A DNA stretch of 64,000 bases. It comes from Patescibacteria group bacterium. GTDB taxonomy: Bacteria; Patescibacteriota; Patescibacteriia; UBA9934; GWF2-40-263. The position numbers and the translations under genes were made by a program. Within the stretch, counting starts at the first letter, position 1. Every line of letters starts with the position of its first letter. The notes beneath the pieces were generated by a model. That model searched no databases, was not told where the DNA came from, and saw nothing but the letters and a program-made list of their open reading frames with translations. Positions 38,590 to 48,278 of the stretch are shown in pieces. The DNA lies in the NCBI GenBank assembly GCA_004297215.1, contig SCUM01000001.1, positions 143,456 to 207,455 on the forward strand. Direction: 5' to 3'.

Positions 38590-39033
38590 ATGTCCCTCTC
38601 CCTGAAAATCGTCACGCCCGAACGGGTGGCCTACGAGGCCACCGTGGATTCGATTACCGCGATGACGCAGGACGGGGAAATCACGGTCCTGCCCGGTCAT
38701 GCGCCCCTCGTGAGCGCGCTGCGGCCAGGCGAAGCCAGGGTGAAGGTCGGCGCCGACGAATCGTTCCTCGCGCTCTCCACCGGCTTCCTGCAGGTGCGCC
38801 CCGACAACGAGATCGTGATCATCGCCGACCACGCCGAGCGCATGGAAGAGCTCGAGCTTGAGGCCGTCAAAGCTGCCAAGGAACGCGCCAAGGCGCTCAT
38901 GGAAGAAAAGCGCCACATCGACGACGTCGCGTTCGCGGGCGCCGCCGCGCTCATGGAGCGTGAGCTGGCCCGCGAAAAGGTGGCCCTGCGCCGACATCAC
39001 GCCCGTGGTCCGCACATCGAAAGCCAGCCATAA
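38590..39033 (+). CDS. atpC: F0F1 ATP synthase subunit epsilon
   Basis: N-terminal beta-sandwich (LKIVTPE..) plus a C-terminal helical hairpin. Confidence 0.85.
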   Translation: MSLSLKIVTPERVAYEATVDSITAMTQDGEITVLPGHAPLVSALRPGEARVKVGADESFLALSTGFLQVRPDNEIVIIADHAERMEELELEAVKAAKERAKALMEEKRHIDDVAFAGAAALMERELAREKVALRRHHARGPHIESQP

Positions 39034-39035
39034 AA

Positions 39036-39063
39036 AACGGGGCCGAAAGGCCTCGTTTCGTTT
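39036..39063 (+). terminator. Rho-independent terminator after atpC
   Basis: AACGGGGCC-GAAA-GGCCTCGTTTCGTTT. Confidence 0.6.
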
Positions 39064-39142
39064 GGACTAACGGTTGACAAAATCGCCAAAACATGATATT
39101 TGTTCAACGCTTATGATCCTCTAAACAGGACGGGGTGGCATC

Positions 39143-39562
39143 GTGCCAGCAATCGTTAAACGTACTTCTGGATACGTAGTTGAACGGCTAGATTTGCGTG
39201 CGACGTGGGATACTGCCTCAGAAGTATCCGCGCTCCTCAAACGACTGAGGGGGTTGAAAATCTACAAGAAGTCGCTCGTGTATTGCGGATTCGACGCGTC
39301 CTGGATAAACCGGATTCAGGACAACCATCCTGCAGTGATGTCGAGGCGATCCACCTTCTGTTCGACGGAAAAAGACCTGCTCGATGGCGACGAGTTGGAA
39401 AGCGCGCTCTATTACGCGCACGGACATCCCCGACCTTGCATGGCTGTCTATGACAGCGCAAGGCTACAACAGGATCCAGGACACCGCGCCCTATATTTCT
39501 TCAAAGAGGAGTGTGGCGGCTACCACGGGGCCTTGATCGCGTTATTTGTTCTCGGAGGATAG
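39143..39562 (+). CDS. Hypothetical protein in a lower-GC islet
   Basis: ORF only. Local GC is clearly lower than the flanks. Confidence 0.35.
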   Translation: MPAIVKRTSGYVVERLDLRATWDTASEVSALLKRLRGLKIYKKSLVYCGFDASWINRIQDNHPAVMSRRSTFCSTEKDLLDGDELESALYYAHGHPRPCMAVYDSARLQQDPGHRALYFFKEECGGYHGALIALFVLGG

Positions 39563-39595
39563 CTCGGAGCGGCTCAGCAATGGGCCGCTCTCTTT

Positions 39596-39934
39596 TTATT
39601 CTGCCTCTTCCGGCGGGAGCGTCTTTTCGATGCGTTTCGCGTGTGCGCGGGCGCCGGCCATTTGCTTGCGTTGGTCGGCCTCATGCTTCTTGAGCTTTTT
39701 TCGGACATCATCCTTCACCCGCATGCGCAGGATGGTGTCGTACCCGCTCGCGACATGAGGCTGCAGCTCGGGGGCCGCCTTGGCGATCGCCTCCTCAAGG
39801 GCTTGGGTCTCCCCTGAGCCTGTCGAAGGGTCGCCTTCGGCAGAATTGGCCTTCAGGATGGCCTGCAACGCCATCCAGACGCGCTCGGTATATCCCGCGG
39901 CGCGTCTCTCGAATCCATACTCGGAATCCCACAT
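39596..39934 (-). CDS. Hypothetical helical protein
   Basis: ORF only. Confidence 0.35.
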   Translation of the reverse strand: MWDSEYGFERRAAGYTERVWMALQAILKANSAEGDPSTGSGETQALEEAIAKAAPELQPHVASGYDTILRMRVKDDVRKKLKKHEADQRKQMAGARAHAKRIEKTLPPEEAE

Positions 39935-40032
39935 ACTCCTTCATGGTATCACGGCCGCCCCCCCAGGGGTTGACTTTTTGCCCACAATAGGTTAGGTTGT
40001 CAGCGGATCGGTCAACCTGTCCCCCCCAAGTC

Positions 40033-40049
40033 GGCGGAACGCTTCCGCC
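40033..40049. promoter_or_regulatory. Perfect 7-3-7 inverted repeat GGCGGAA-CGC-TTCCGCC upstream of the UvrD-like helicase gene. Candidate operator.
   Basis: Direct inspection. Lies ~155 nt upstream of the ATG at 40205. Confidence 0.3.
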
Positions 40050-40204
40050 CCGATCCCGCTCCCCGAGCAGGGTGAGCGCGTGCGCACGTGTCGACCCGCT
40101 TCGGCGAAATCTCCCCCCGATTTCGTCGACCGGAAGACGCCTCGCGCACCTGAGAGACCTTGCAATAGGCCTCTCATTTTTATTTGTGCTACCATGCGGC
40201 CGAT

Positions 40205-43198
40205 ATGGGATCCGACCGGCTTTTGCATGGGCTGAACGATGAGCAGGCCAAGGCCGTGCGGCATGGGGAGGGGCCGCTGCTTATCGTAGCCGGGGCCGGG
40301 ACGGGGAAGACCACTGTCATCACCAAGCGCATCGCCTGGCTCATCGAGACGGGAGCGGCAAGGCCCGAGAATATCCTCGCGCTCACGTTCACGGACAAGG
40401 CGGCGGGGGAAATGGAAGAGCGCGTGGACCAGCTGCTGCCGTACGGGTACGTGGACCTGCAGATTTCTACTTTCCATGCGTTCTGCGAAAAGCTGCTGCG
40501 CGACTACGGGACGGAGATGGGATTGCCGCGCGATTTCAAGATGCTCACCGAGATCGATTCCTGGCTGCTTGCCCGCCAGCATTTCGATCGATTTGACCTC
40601 GAACATTATCGGCCGCTGGGGAATCCGACGAAATATCTGCGTGGTCTCCTTTCGCATTTCTCCCGCTGCAAGGATTCAGCCGTCAGCCCGGAGGAGTACC
40701 TCAAGTTCGCCGAGGAGAAGCGGGCGAACCTTGATTCCGCGAATTCGGATGAAGAGGCGACGAACGAGATCCGGCGGATTTCCGAATTGGCCAAGGCATA
40801 TCACACGTACCAACAGATCCTCATCGAGAACGACTCGCTCGATTTCGGCGACCTTATCGCCTATGCGCTTCGCCTTCTCCAAACGCGCCCGAACGTCCTG
40901 AAAGCCGTGCGTGCCAAGTATTCGTTCGTCTTGGTCGACGAGTTCCAGGACACCAACCTCGCGCAGTACGAGCTGGTGAAGCTCATCGCGGCGCCGAAAA
41001 ACAACCTCACGGTGGTGGGCGACGACGACCAGGCGATCTATTCGTTCCGCGGGGCGAGCCTCGAGAACATCCTCACGTTCGAGAGCGATTACCCGAAGGC
41101 GGCGCGCGTGGTGCTCACCGACAACTACCGCTCGGTGCAGACGATCCTCGACCACGCCCACCGGTTCATCCAGGCAAACAACCCGAACCGTCTTGAAGCA
41201 CGCGCCGAAGGGGGGCTGGACAAACGCCTGAAATCCGCACGAACGGACGCGGGGGCGGTCGAACACGTTCATTGCACGACCGTCGAAGAAGAGGTCGGTG
41301 AGGTTGCGCGACGCATCCTGGCCCTCAAGGAAAAGGATCCGGAGCTCAATTGGAACGACGTTGCCATCCTCACGCGCAGCAACGACGCGGCCCTGCCGTT
41401 CATCGCGGCGCTCGATCGTCGCCGGATCCCGTACCTGTTCTACGCGCTGCGCGGGCTGTACGTGAAGCCGGCCGTGCTCGACGTGGTGGCGTTCCTGCGC
41501 GTGCTCGACAACCCGTTCGACAGCCCCAGCTTCTACCGCGTGCTGTCGCATCCGAATTTCGGCATCCCGCATGTGGCGCTCGTCGAACTTTCGCACGCGG
41601 CGAATAGGAAAGGGAAGTCGCTGTACGAGGCGTGCCAGAACGCCCGCGCGTGGAGCGGACTCGATGCGGACGATCTCGGCAAGGTCGACGCGCTGCTGGC
41701 GCTCGTCCTGCGTCTTCGCCCGGAGGCGACAAGACGGAAGGCGTCGGAGCTGTACGTCCTCGTCGCGCGCGAGGCCGGATACGTGGAGCACCTGAACGCG
41801 CTGCCGGACCGTGCCAAGGCCGAGGCGTTCGCATTCCTCGAGCAGTTCTACCGGCGCATGAAGGCGTTCGAGGAGCGGCACGAGAACCCGGTGCTCAAGC
41901 ACTTCCTCGAGGAGTACAAGCACGAGCGCGACGCCGGCGAGGAAGGGGCGCTCGCGCCGGACGTCGAGAGCGGCCCGGACAACGTGCGCGTGATGACCGT
42001 GCACGGGTCGAAGGGGCTCGAGTTCAAGCATGTGTTCGTGGTGAGCCTCATCGACCGTAAGTTTCCCACGGACGTCCGACGCGACGCGATCCCGCTCCCG
42101 GAGGGACTCGTCCCGGCCACGCACGGGGAAGGGGAGTGGCACCTTGAGGAAGAACGCCGCCTGTTCTATGTCGCGATGACGCGGGCGAAGGAAGGGCTCT
42201 ATCTCACCTCGGCCGACGATTACGGCGGCGCGCGAAAACGCAAGGCGTCCCGTTTCCTGGCCGAGCTCGGCCTTACGCAGACGCAGCCGCGACGGATCGC
42301 CGCGAAGGAGATGTTCGACGCGGACGAGGATGCCGGCGGGGTCGTCCTGTCCGAAACCGCGGTAACGATCCATGTCCCGAAACATTTCTCGTTCTCCCAG
42401 CTCGTCGCGTTCCGTTCATGCCCGCTCCAATACAAGTTCGCGCACATCCTCAAGATTCCCGTGTTCGGCAAAGGGACCTTCTCGTTCGGGAAGACGATGC
42501 ACAACACGTTGCACAAATATCTGCAGGCATGGCTGGAACGGACGAGCGTGAAGCAGGAGTCGCTCTTCGCGACGAACGCAAGCTATCCCTCTCCTTTCGA
42601 AGGAGAGGGCATGGGTGAGGTAGGCGTGCCGTCCGTGCCCGTTCCGTTCGAAGAGATGATGGCGATGTACGAGGAGTCCTGGATCGATGACTGGTATCGT
42701 GACGACGCTGAACGTGAAAAATACCGAAAGGAGGGTAAGGCCTCACTCAAGACCATCTTCGGGCAGTTCGAAGCGCGACGGCCGTTGCCGCACATGTTAG
42801 AACAGGCGTTCACCCTGAAGGTAGGTGACATCACCCTTAAGGGTCGCATCGACCGCATCGACGCGCTTCCCGAAGGCGGCTACGAGATCATCGACTACAA
42901 GACCGGCACGCCGAAGACGGAAGAGAAGATGGACAAGGGCGACCGCGAACAGCTGTATCTCTATCAGCTCGCCGCGCAAGAGTTGCTCGGGCTCGAGGTG
43001 AAGAGGCTGACCTATCACTATCTCAAGGACCACTCCCAAGTGTCGTTCCTCGGCACCGCGGACGACCTGCTCACCCTGCGCGAAGACATCGTGGACCGGG
43101 TGAACCGCATCAAGGCGAGCGCGTTCACGGCGACGCCGAACCAGTTCACCTGCGCCACCTGCGACTTCCGCGACATCTGCGAATTTTCTCAAGCGTGA
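40205..43198 (+). CDS. UvrD/PcrA-type SF1 helicase fused to a C-terminal RecB/Cas4-like PD-(D/E)xK nuclease with Cys cluster
   Basis: Walker A GAGTGKTT, motif II VLVDEFQDTN, motif VI VAMTRAK. The C-terminus has CPLQY...IDYKTG...Y..QL.LY...C.TCDFRDIC (AddB/Cas4-like 4-Cys). Confidence 0.8.
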   Translation: MGSDRLLHGLNDEQAKAVRHGEGPLLIVAGAGTGKTTVITKRIAWLIETGAARPENILALTFTDKAAGEMEERVDQLLPYGYVDLQISTFHAFCEKLLRDYGTEMGLPRDFKMLTEIDSWLLARQHFDRFDLEHYRPLGNPTKYLRGLLSHFSRCKDSAVSPEEYLKFAEEKRANLDSANSDEEATNEIRRISELAKAYHTYQQILIENDSLDFGDLIAYALRLLQTRPNVLKAVRAKYSFVLVDEFQDTNLAQYELVKLIAAPKNNLTVVGDDDQAIYSFRGASLENILTFESDYPKAARVVLTDNYRSVQTILDHAHRFIQANNPNRLEARAEGGLDKRLKSARTDAGAVEHVHCTTVEEEVGEVARRILALKEKDPELNWNDVAILTRSNDAALPFIAALDRRRIPYLFYALRGLYVKPAVLDVVAFLRVLDNPFDSPSFYRVLSHPNFGIPHVALVELSHAANRKGKSLYEACQNARAWSGLDADDLGKVDALLALVLRLRPEATRRKASELYVLVAREAGYVEHLNALPDRAKAEAFAFLEQFYRRMKAFEERHENPVLKHFLEEYKHERDAGEEGALAPDVESGPDNVRVMTVHGSKGLEFKHVFVVSLIDRKFPTDVRRDAIPLPEGLVPATHGEGEWHLEEERRLFYVAMTRAKEGLYLTSADDYGGARKRKASRFLAELGLTQTQPRRIAAKEMFDADEDAGGVVLSETAVTIHVPKHFSFSQLVAFRSCPLQYKFAHILKIPVFGKGTFSFGKTMHNTLHKYLQAWLERTSVKQESLFATNASYPSPFEGEGMGEVGVPSVPVPFEEMMAMYEESWIDDWYRDDAEREKYRKEGKASLKTIFGQFEARRPLPHMLEQAFTLKVGDITLKGRIDRIDALPEGGYEIIDYKTGTPKTEEKMDKGDREQLYLYQLAAQELLGLEVKRLTYHYLKDHSQVSFLGTADDLLTLREDIVDRVNRIKASAFTATPNQFTCATCDFRDICEFSQA

Positions 43199-43202
43199 AC
43201 GT

Positions 43203-43535
43203 ATGGCATTCGATGCGTTGAAGGATCTCCTCCCGGGCGCGATGAACCGCGGGCATATCGCCGAGCAGGTCGCGATCGCGCGGGCGCTTGAAGGGGCGAA
43301 CCGCGCGATTGCCGCGGCGCTTCCGGCCGGGCGCGACGGGGACGCCCGCGCCCTGTCGCTTCGCGACGGGGTGGTCATGATCGCCTGCCTGAACGCGCCG
43401 GCGATGCGGCTCATCTCGCGCATCGAGCGCGACGTGGTGGCCGGGGCGCTGAAGGAAGCGCCCAAAAGCGACATCCACGGCATCCGCGTCCGTCTCGTGC
43501 AACGGATCTCCGCCTCCGGAGATATGATAGGATGA
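43203..43535 (+). CDS. DUF721/DciA-like protein (possible replicative-helicase operator)
   Basis: Size ~110 aa, LSLRDGVVMIACLNAPAMRLISRIERDVVAGALK..IRVRL pattern. Confidence 0.45.
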   Translation: MAFDALKDLLPGAMNRGHIAEQVAIARALEGANRAIAAALPAGRDGDARALSLRDGVVMIACLNAPAMRLISRIERDVVAGALKEAPKSDIHGIRVRLVQRISASGDMIG

Positions 43536-43542
43536 GTGCCGT

Positions 43543-43926
43543 ATGACCTTACGCGGCTACCTCGCCGTCATGGCGCTCGCCTCGGTCGCGGCGTGGCTCT
43601 CGTGGATCATCGTGCTCGTGGCCATCGACCCGTCGCAGGCGGGCACGCTCGGATTCGTGTTCTTTTACCTCACCCTTGCGGCCGCGCTCATCGGTTCCAT
43701 CGCCACGCTCGGCGCGGCCGTCCGCGTGTGGGCGAGGCGCGAGGAGCTTGCCGCCCGGCACGTGTCGAAGTCGCTCCGGCACGGGCTGTTCGTCACGGCG
43801 CTCGTCATGCTGTCGCTTCTCCTGCTTCCGAAAGGGTTCCTCACCTGGTGGACCGCCACCTTGCTCATCATCTTCTTTTCCTTGCTCGAACTCGCGTTCG
43901 TTTCGGCCCAAAAGGGGAGGGGATAA
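43543..43926 (+). CDS. Small 3-4 TM membrane protein, hypothetical
   Basis: Hydropathy only. Confidence 0.35.
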   Translation: MTLRGYLAVMALASVAAWLSWIIVLVAIDPSQAGTLGFVFFYLTLAAALIGSIATLGAAVRVWARREELAARHVSKSLRHGLFVTALVMLSLLLLPKGFLTWWTATLLIIFFSLLELAFVSAQKGRG

Positions 43927-43984
43927 CGGGTGCATACGCGCCCTTGTGCCTAACCCCGGGCTTGGCTAAGCTTCGGGCGGGATT

Positions 43985-45037
43985 ATGCTGAACCGGTTGC
44001 TCGGACGCTTCTCCAAGGACCTCGGGATCGACCTCGGCACGTCGAATACGTTGGTGTACTCGCAGGAGCGCGGCATCGTCATCAACGAGCCGTCGATCGT
44101 GGCCGTGAACGTCCGATCGAACCAGATCCTCGCGGTCGGGCGCGACGCCAAGGACATGCTCGGCAAGACCCCGCCGCACATCTCCATCACTAAGCCGCTT
44201 TCCAAAGGGGTCATTTCCGATTTCGAGGTCACGGAAAAGATGCTCAAGTACTTCATCGACCAGGTGCACAAGGAATCCTTCACCATCGTCCCGAGGCCGC
44301 GCGTGGTGATCGGCGTGCCGCTCGAAACCACCGAGGTGGAACGCAAGGCGATCGAGGACGCGGCGCTCTCGGCCGGCGCGCGCGCGGTGTTCATGGTGGA
44401 AAACCCGCTCTTGGCCGCCATCGGCGCGCGCCTCCCCATCACCGATTCGGTCGGGACCATGGTGGTGGACGTGGGCGGCGGCACCACGGAGATCGCCGTC
44501 ATGTCGCTTTCCGGCATCGTGACCTGGAAGTCCCTTCCCGTGGCCGGCGAGGAGATGAACAAGAACATCATCCAGTACGCCCGTGACGTCTTCAGCCTGC
44601 TCCTGGGGGAGCGCAACGCCGAGCAGGTCAAGATCCGCGTGGGCACCGCCATCCCGCCCGCCGACGGGCCGCTCACGCTCGAGATGCGCGGCCGCGACCT
44701 GGTGACCGGCCTCCCGAAGGAGATCCTCGTGAACGACGGGCAGGTCCGCGAGGCGCTTCGCCGCAGCATCTCCACCATCATCGAGAACGTGAAGGCGACG
44801 CTTGAGGTGACCCCGCCCGAACTGGTGTCGGACATCTATGAGCGCGGCATCGTGCTCACGGGAGGCGGCGCGCTCCTGCGAGGGCTGGACGTCCTGTTGA
44901 GCCGCGAGGCCGCCATCCCCGTGCGCGTGGCGGAGGACCCCCTGACCTGCGTGGTGCGCGGGGCAGGGGCGTTGCTTGACGACGAGACGCTCCTCAAGGA
45001 CATCGCCATGCCGTCGAGCCAAGGTCCGGTGAGCTGA
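43985..45037 (+). CDS. mreB: Rod shape-determining protein MreB
   Basis: Actin-fold motifs DLGTSNTLVY, MVVDVGGGTTEIAV, IVLTGGGALLRGLD. Confidence 0.95.
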   Translation: MLNRLLGRFSKDLGIDLGTSNTLVYSQERGIVINEPSIVAVNVRSNQILAVGRDAKDMLGKTPPHISITKPLSKGVISDFEVTEKMLKYFIDQVHKESFTIVPRPRVVIGVPLETTEVERKAIEDAALSAGARAVFMVENPLLAAIGARLPITDSVGTMVVDVGGGTTEIAVMSLSGIVTWKSLPVAGEEMNKNIIQYARDVFSLLLGERNAEQVKIRVGTAIPPADGPLTLEMRGRDLVTGLPKEILVNDGQVREALRRSISTIIENVKATLEVTPPELVSDIYERGIVLTGGGALLRGLDVLLSREAAIPVRVAEDPLTCVVRGAGALLDDETLLKDIAMPSSQGPVS

Positions 45038-45042
45038 TCCCT

Positions 45043-45798
45043 GTGAGACGTGAAACGTCGCGCCTCATCCGCTACGCGTTCGTCGCCGCCGCCCTGGGAG
45101 CGGCCGCGATCTGGTTCCGGACCCCGCTGGAACGGATGGCCTCGGCGGCCGTCGCCCCGCTCGCCCGCTCGGGGCGCTGGATCTCCGGGTCGATCGAGGA
45201 GGACGAGATCGGGAAGCTCGAGGCTCGGGTCGCGTCGTTATCGACCGACCGCGCCGAGCTGGAACTCCTGCGCGACGAGAACCTCCGGCTGCGCGACCGC
45301 CTCGCCTTTCAGGAACGCACGCGATTCAACGCGGTCCAGGCCACCATCGTCCTGCGAGACGCCTCCCGGCCTACGCGCCGGTTCGTCTTGGATCGCGGGG
45401 CGGATGACGGGGTGGCCCCGGGCGCGGCCGTGGTCGCGGGCAACGGCCAATACGTGGGCAAGGTCGTAGGGGTCACGGCCGCCACCGCGACGGTGGCGGA
45501 GGCGACGGCGCCTGGGGAAAAGACCGCGACCACCCTCCTCAACCTCACCCGGACGATCGGGCTTTCGGAGGGGGACGGCTCGTCATTGCTCACCATGCGC
45601 TTCATCCCGCACGACCAGGCCATCGCCGTGAACGACCTGGTGGTCACCTCCGGGCTCGAGGACCACGTGCCCGCCGGGCTGGTGGTGGGGGTGGTGAACG
45701 CGGTCACGGACGATCCCACCTCGCCGTTCCAGGACGCGGTCGTCGAGCCGATCGTCGACCTCAGGCGCGAGACGTCGCTCGCCATCCTCGTCGACTAG
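45043..45798 (+). CDS. mreC: Rod shape-determining protein MreC
   Basis: N-terminal TM plus coiled coil (LRDENLRLRDRL) plus beta domains. Position after mreB. Confidence 0.8.
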   Translation: MRRETSRLIRYAFVAAALGAAAIWFRTPLERMASAAVAPLARSGRWISGSIEEDEIGKLEARVASLSTDRAELELLRDENLRLRDRLAFQERTRFNAVQATIVLRDASRPTRRFVLDRGADDGVAPGAAVVAGNGQYVGKVVGVTAATATVAEATAPGEKTATTLLNLTRTIGLSEGDGSSLLTMRFIPHDQAIAVNDLVVTSGLEDHVPAGLVVGVVNAVTDDPTSPFQDAVVEPIVDLRRETSLAILVD

Positions 45799-45802
45799 GC
45801 CT

Positions 45803-46318
45803 GTGCCGCGCATCGTGCTCTCGGCGGCCATCGCGACCCTCCTCTTCCTCGTCGAACGTTCGCTGTTCGGCGCGCTTCCGGATCCCTTCCCGCGCACCCC
45901 GCTCGTGCTTGCCTGCGGGACGTACCTCGTCCAGCACCTGGACCTGCGCGACGGAGCCGCCTGGATCATCCTCTCCGGACTCCTCAGCGACGTCATCGGA
46001 CTCACCGCGCCGGGGGCCGTCCTTGCAGGCGCGGTGGCGGCCGCCACCTGCCTGACGTTGTCCCGATCGGTATTCACCAATCGTTCCTTGTACGGCATCG
46101 TCGCCTGCGGCGCCTGCACGATGATCGCCTGGGCCGTCACGTACGCGTCCCTCCTGGCGATCCAGGGAGCGCTTGCCCATGCCCCAAGCGGCTGGGCCGA
46201 CCCGATCCTCGGCCTTCCGAGCACGCTCGTGCTCGGGACGGTCATCCTCGCCTTCCTCTTCCGCCTAGCCAAGCGCCTTCGCGGAGCCCTTTCCTCCGCC
46301 ATCATGCTGAATCGATGA
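45803..46318 (+). CDS. mreD: Rod shape-determining protein MreD
   Basis: Polytopic, ~170 aa, gene order. Confidence 0.65.
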   Translation: MPRIVLSAAIATLLFLVERSLFGALPDPFPRTPLVLACGTYLVQHLDLRDGAAWIILSGLLSDVIGLTAPGAVLAGAVAAATCLTLSRSVFTNRSLYGIVACGACTMIAWAVTYASLLAIQGALAHAPSGWADPILGLPSTLVLGTVILAFLFRLAKRLRGALSSAIMLNR

Positions 46319-46331
46319 CTTCACGCATGCT

Positions 46332-48278
46332 ATGGTCCCGACGTCCCTGCGTAACGATGACCCGTCCCACCCGTTCCGCCTCCAGGAGGACGGCCGGTTT
46401 GGGCGGGTCGGCGCGGCCGAAGGGATCGGGCAGGACGCCGGCATCCTCCTCGAGCACGCCACGGCCGGGGAGGGAATCTCGCGCGTCGGCACGTCGATCC
46501 CGTCGCGACGCTATGTCGGCGCCGCGACAGGCGCATCCATCCTGCTGATCGGCCTGCTCGCCCGATGCGTGGACCTGCAAGTGGTGCGGGCCGCCGCCTA
46601 CCGCGCGCTGGCCGAGGGCAACCGGGTCCAGGAACGCGTCACCGACGCCCCGCGCGGCATCGTGGCCGACCGCCACGGGAACGTCCTCATCCGGAACGTG
46701 TCATCGTTCATGCTCACCCTCACCGCCTCGGCGCTCCCGACCGACGAGGCGCAGCGCGACCTGGTGCTGTCCCGCGCCGCGGAGCTTGCCGGGGTAACGA
46801 GGACGGACATCGACCTGCTCCTTTCGGACGCCTCGCGCACGGACCTCCCCGTGCCCGTGCGTCGCGGCATCCCTTACGAGTCCGCCATGCGCCTTGCGGT
46901 GGAAACGTCGCGCCTTCCCGGCTTCGCGCTCGACACCTCGATCTCCCGCCAATACGACACCGACGCAAGCTCGCTCTCCCATGTCCTCGGGTATGTCGGA
47001 CGGATGGACCAGGGAGAGCTTGACGCGCACCCCGGATATCGCCGGACCGACGACATCGGCAAGGCCGGGATCGAACGCGGGGCCGAGGCGCTGCTGCGCG
47101 GCCTCCCGGGCCGCCAAGTCGTGGAGGTGGACGCGCTTGGCAACGAGCTGACCCTCGTTTCCGACGTGCCAAGCGTCCCGGGAGCCAACCTCATCCTCGC
47201 GATCGACGCGGATCTCCAGTCCCTCATAGAACGGCGCCTGGAAGAGACCTTCGCGCGCAGCGGCACGTCCCGGGCGTCGGTGGTCGCGCTCGATCCGCGT
47301 TCCGGCGCCGTTCGCGCGCTCGTGAGCCTCCCTGCCTACGACAGCAACAGCTTCGCGCTTGGCATCAGCCACGCCGAATATGAGCGCCTCGTCACGGACG
47401 AGGACCAGCCGCTGTTCCCGCGCGCGGTTTCCGGAGAATTCCCGAGCGGGTCCGTGTTCAAGCCGTTCGTCTCGTACGCGGCGCTGAAAGAAGGGGTGGT
47501 GGACGAACGCACGAGTTTCCTGTCCACCGGCGGGATTTCCATCGGGCCGTGGTACTTTCCGGACTGGAAGGCCGGCGGACACGGCACGACCGACGTCCGC
47601 AAGGCGATCGCGGACTCCGTCAACACGTTCTTTTACGTCGTCGGCGGCGGGCTCGACCAAGTGACGGGGCTTGGCGTGGAACGCATCACCGATTACGCCA
47701 GGATGTTCGGATTCGGCAAACGGACGGGCATCGAGCTGCCCGGCGAGGCGGACGGGTTCCTCCCGACGAAGGAGTGGAAGCTGGAAACCAAGGGGGAACG
47801 ATGGTTCGTCGGAGACACCTACCACCTCTCGATCGGACAGGGCGACCTGCTCGCCACCCCGCTTCAGGTCGCCGCGGCGACGGCGGCGATCGCCAATGGC
47901 GGACGGACGGTGCGTCCGCATCTCATCGAAGGCGTCGACGGTCCGACCGTCCCCGGGCAGGCGATCTTCGCCTCCCGCGTGCCGTCGCAGACATTCGATC
48001 CGGCCCTGGTGCGCGTGGTCCAGGAAGGGATGCGCCAAGGGGTCACCAAAGGCAGCTCGAGGGGCCTCGCGGGCATGTCCATCGCGCTTGCGGGAAAGAC
48101 CGGGACGGCCCAGACGCCGGGAGACAACCCCACGCATGCCTGGTGGACCGGTTACGGCCCGTACGGCAGCCCCACGCTCGCGGTCACGATCCTCATCGAG
48201 CATGGAGGGGAGGGGTCGAGCGCGGCGATCCCGATCGCCCGGGACATTTTCGACTGGTGGAGCGTGAACGGGGAGTGA
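46332..48278 (+). CDS. mrdA: Penicillin-binding protein 2 (class B transpeptidase)
   Basis: SxxK (SGSVFKP), SxN, KTG (AGKTGTAQ) motifs. Position after mreCD. Confidence 0.85.
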   Translation: MVPTSLRNDDPSHPFRLQEDGRFGRVGAAEGIGQDAGILLEHATAGEGISRVGTSIPSRRYVGAATGASILLIGLLARCVDLQVVRAAAYRALAEGNRVQERVTDAPRGIVADRHGNVLIRNVSSFMLTLTASALPTDEAQRDLVLSRAAELAGVTRTDIDLLLSDASRTDLPVPVRRGIPYESAMRLAVETSRLPGFALDTSISRQYDTDASSLSHVLGYVGRMDQGELDAHPGYRRTDDIGKAGIERGAEALLRGLPGRQVVEVDALGNELTLVSDVPSVPGANLILAIDADLQSLIERRLEETFARSGTSRASVVALDPRSGAVRALVSLPAYDSNSFALGISHAEYERLVTDEDQPLFPRAVSGEFPSGSVFKPFVSYAALKEGVVDERTSFLSTGGISIGPWYFPDWKAGGHGTTDVRKAIADSVNTFFYVVGGGLDQVTGLGVERITDYARMFGFGKRTGIELPGEADGFLPTKEWKLETKGERWFVGDTYHLSIGQGDLLATPLQVAAATAAIANGGRTVRPHLIEGVDGPTVPGQAIFASRVPSQTFDPALVRVVQEGMRQGVTKGSSRGLAGMSIALAGKTGTAQTPGDNPTHAWWTGYGPYGSPTLAVTILIEHGGEGSSAAIPIARDIFDWWSVNGE

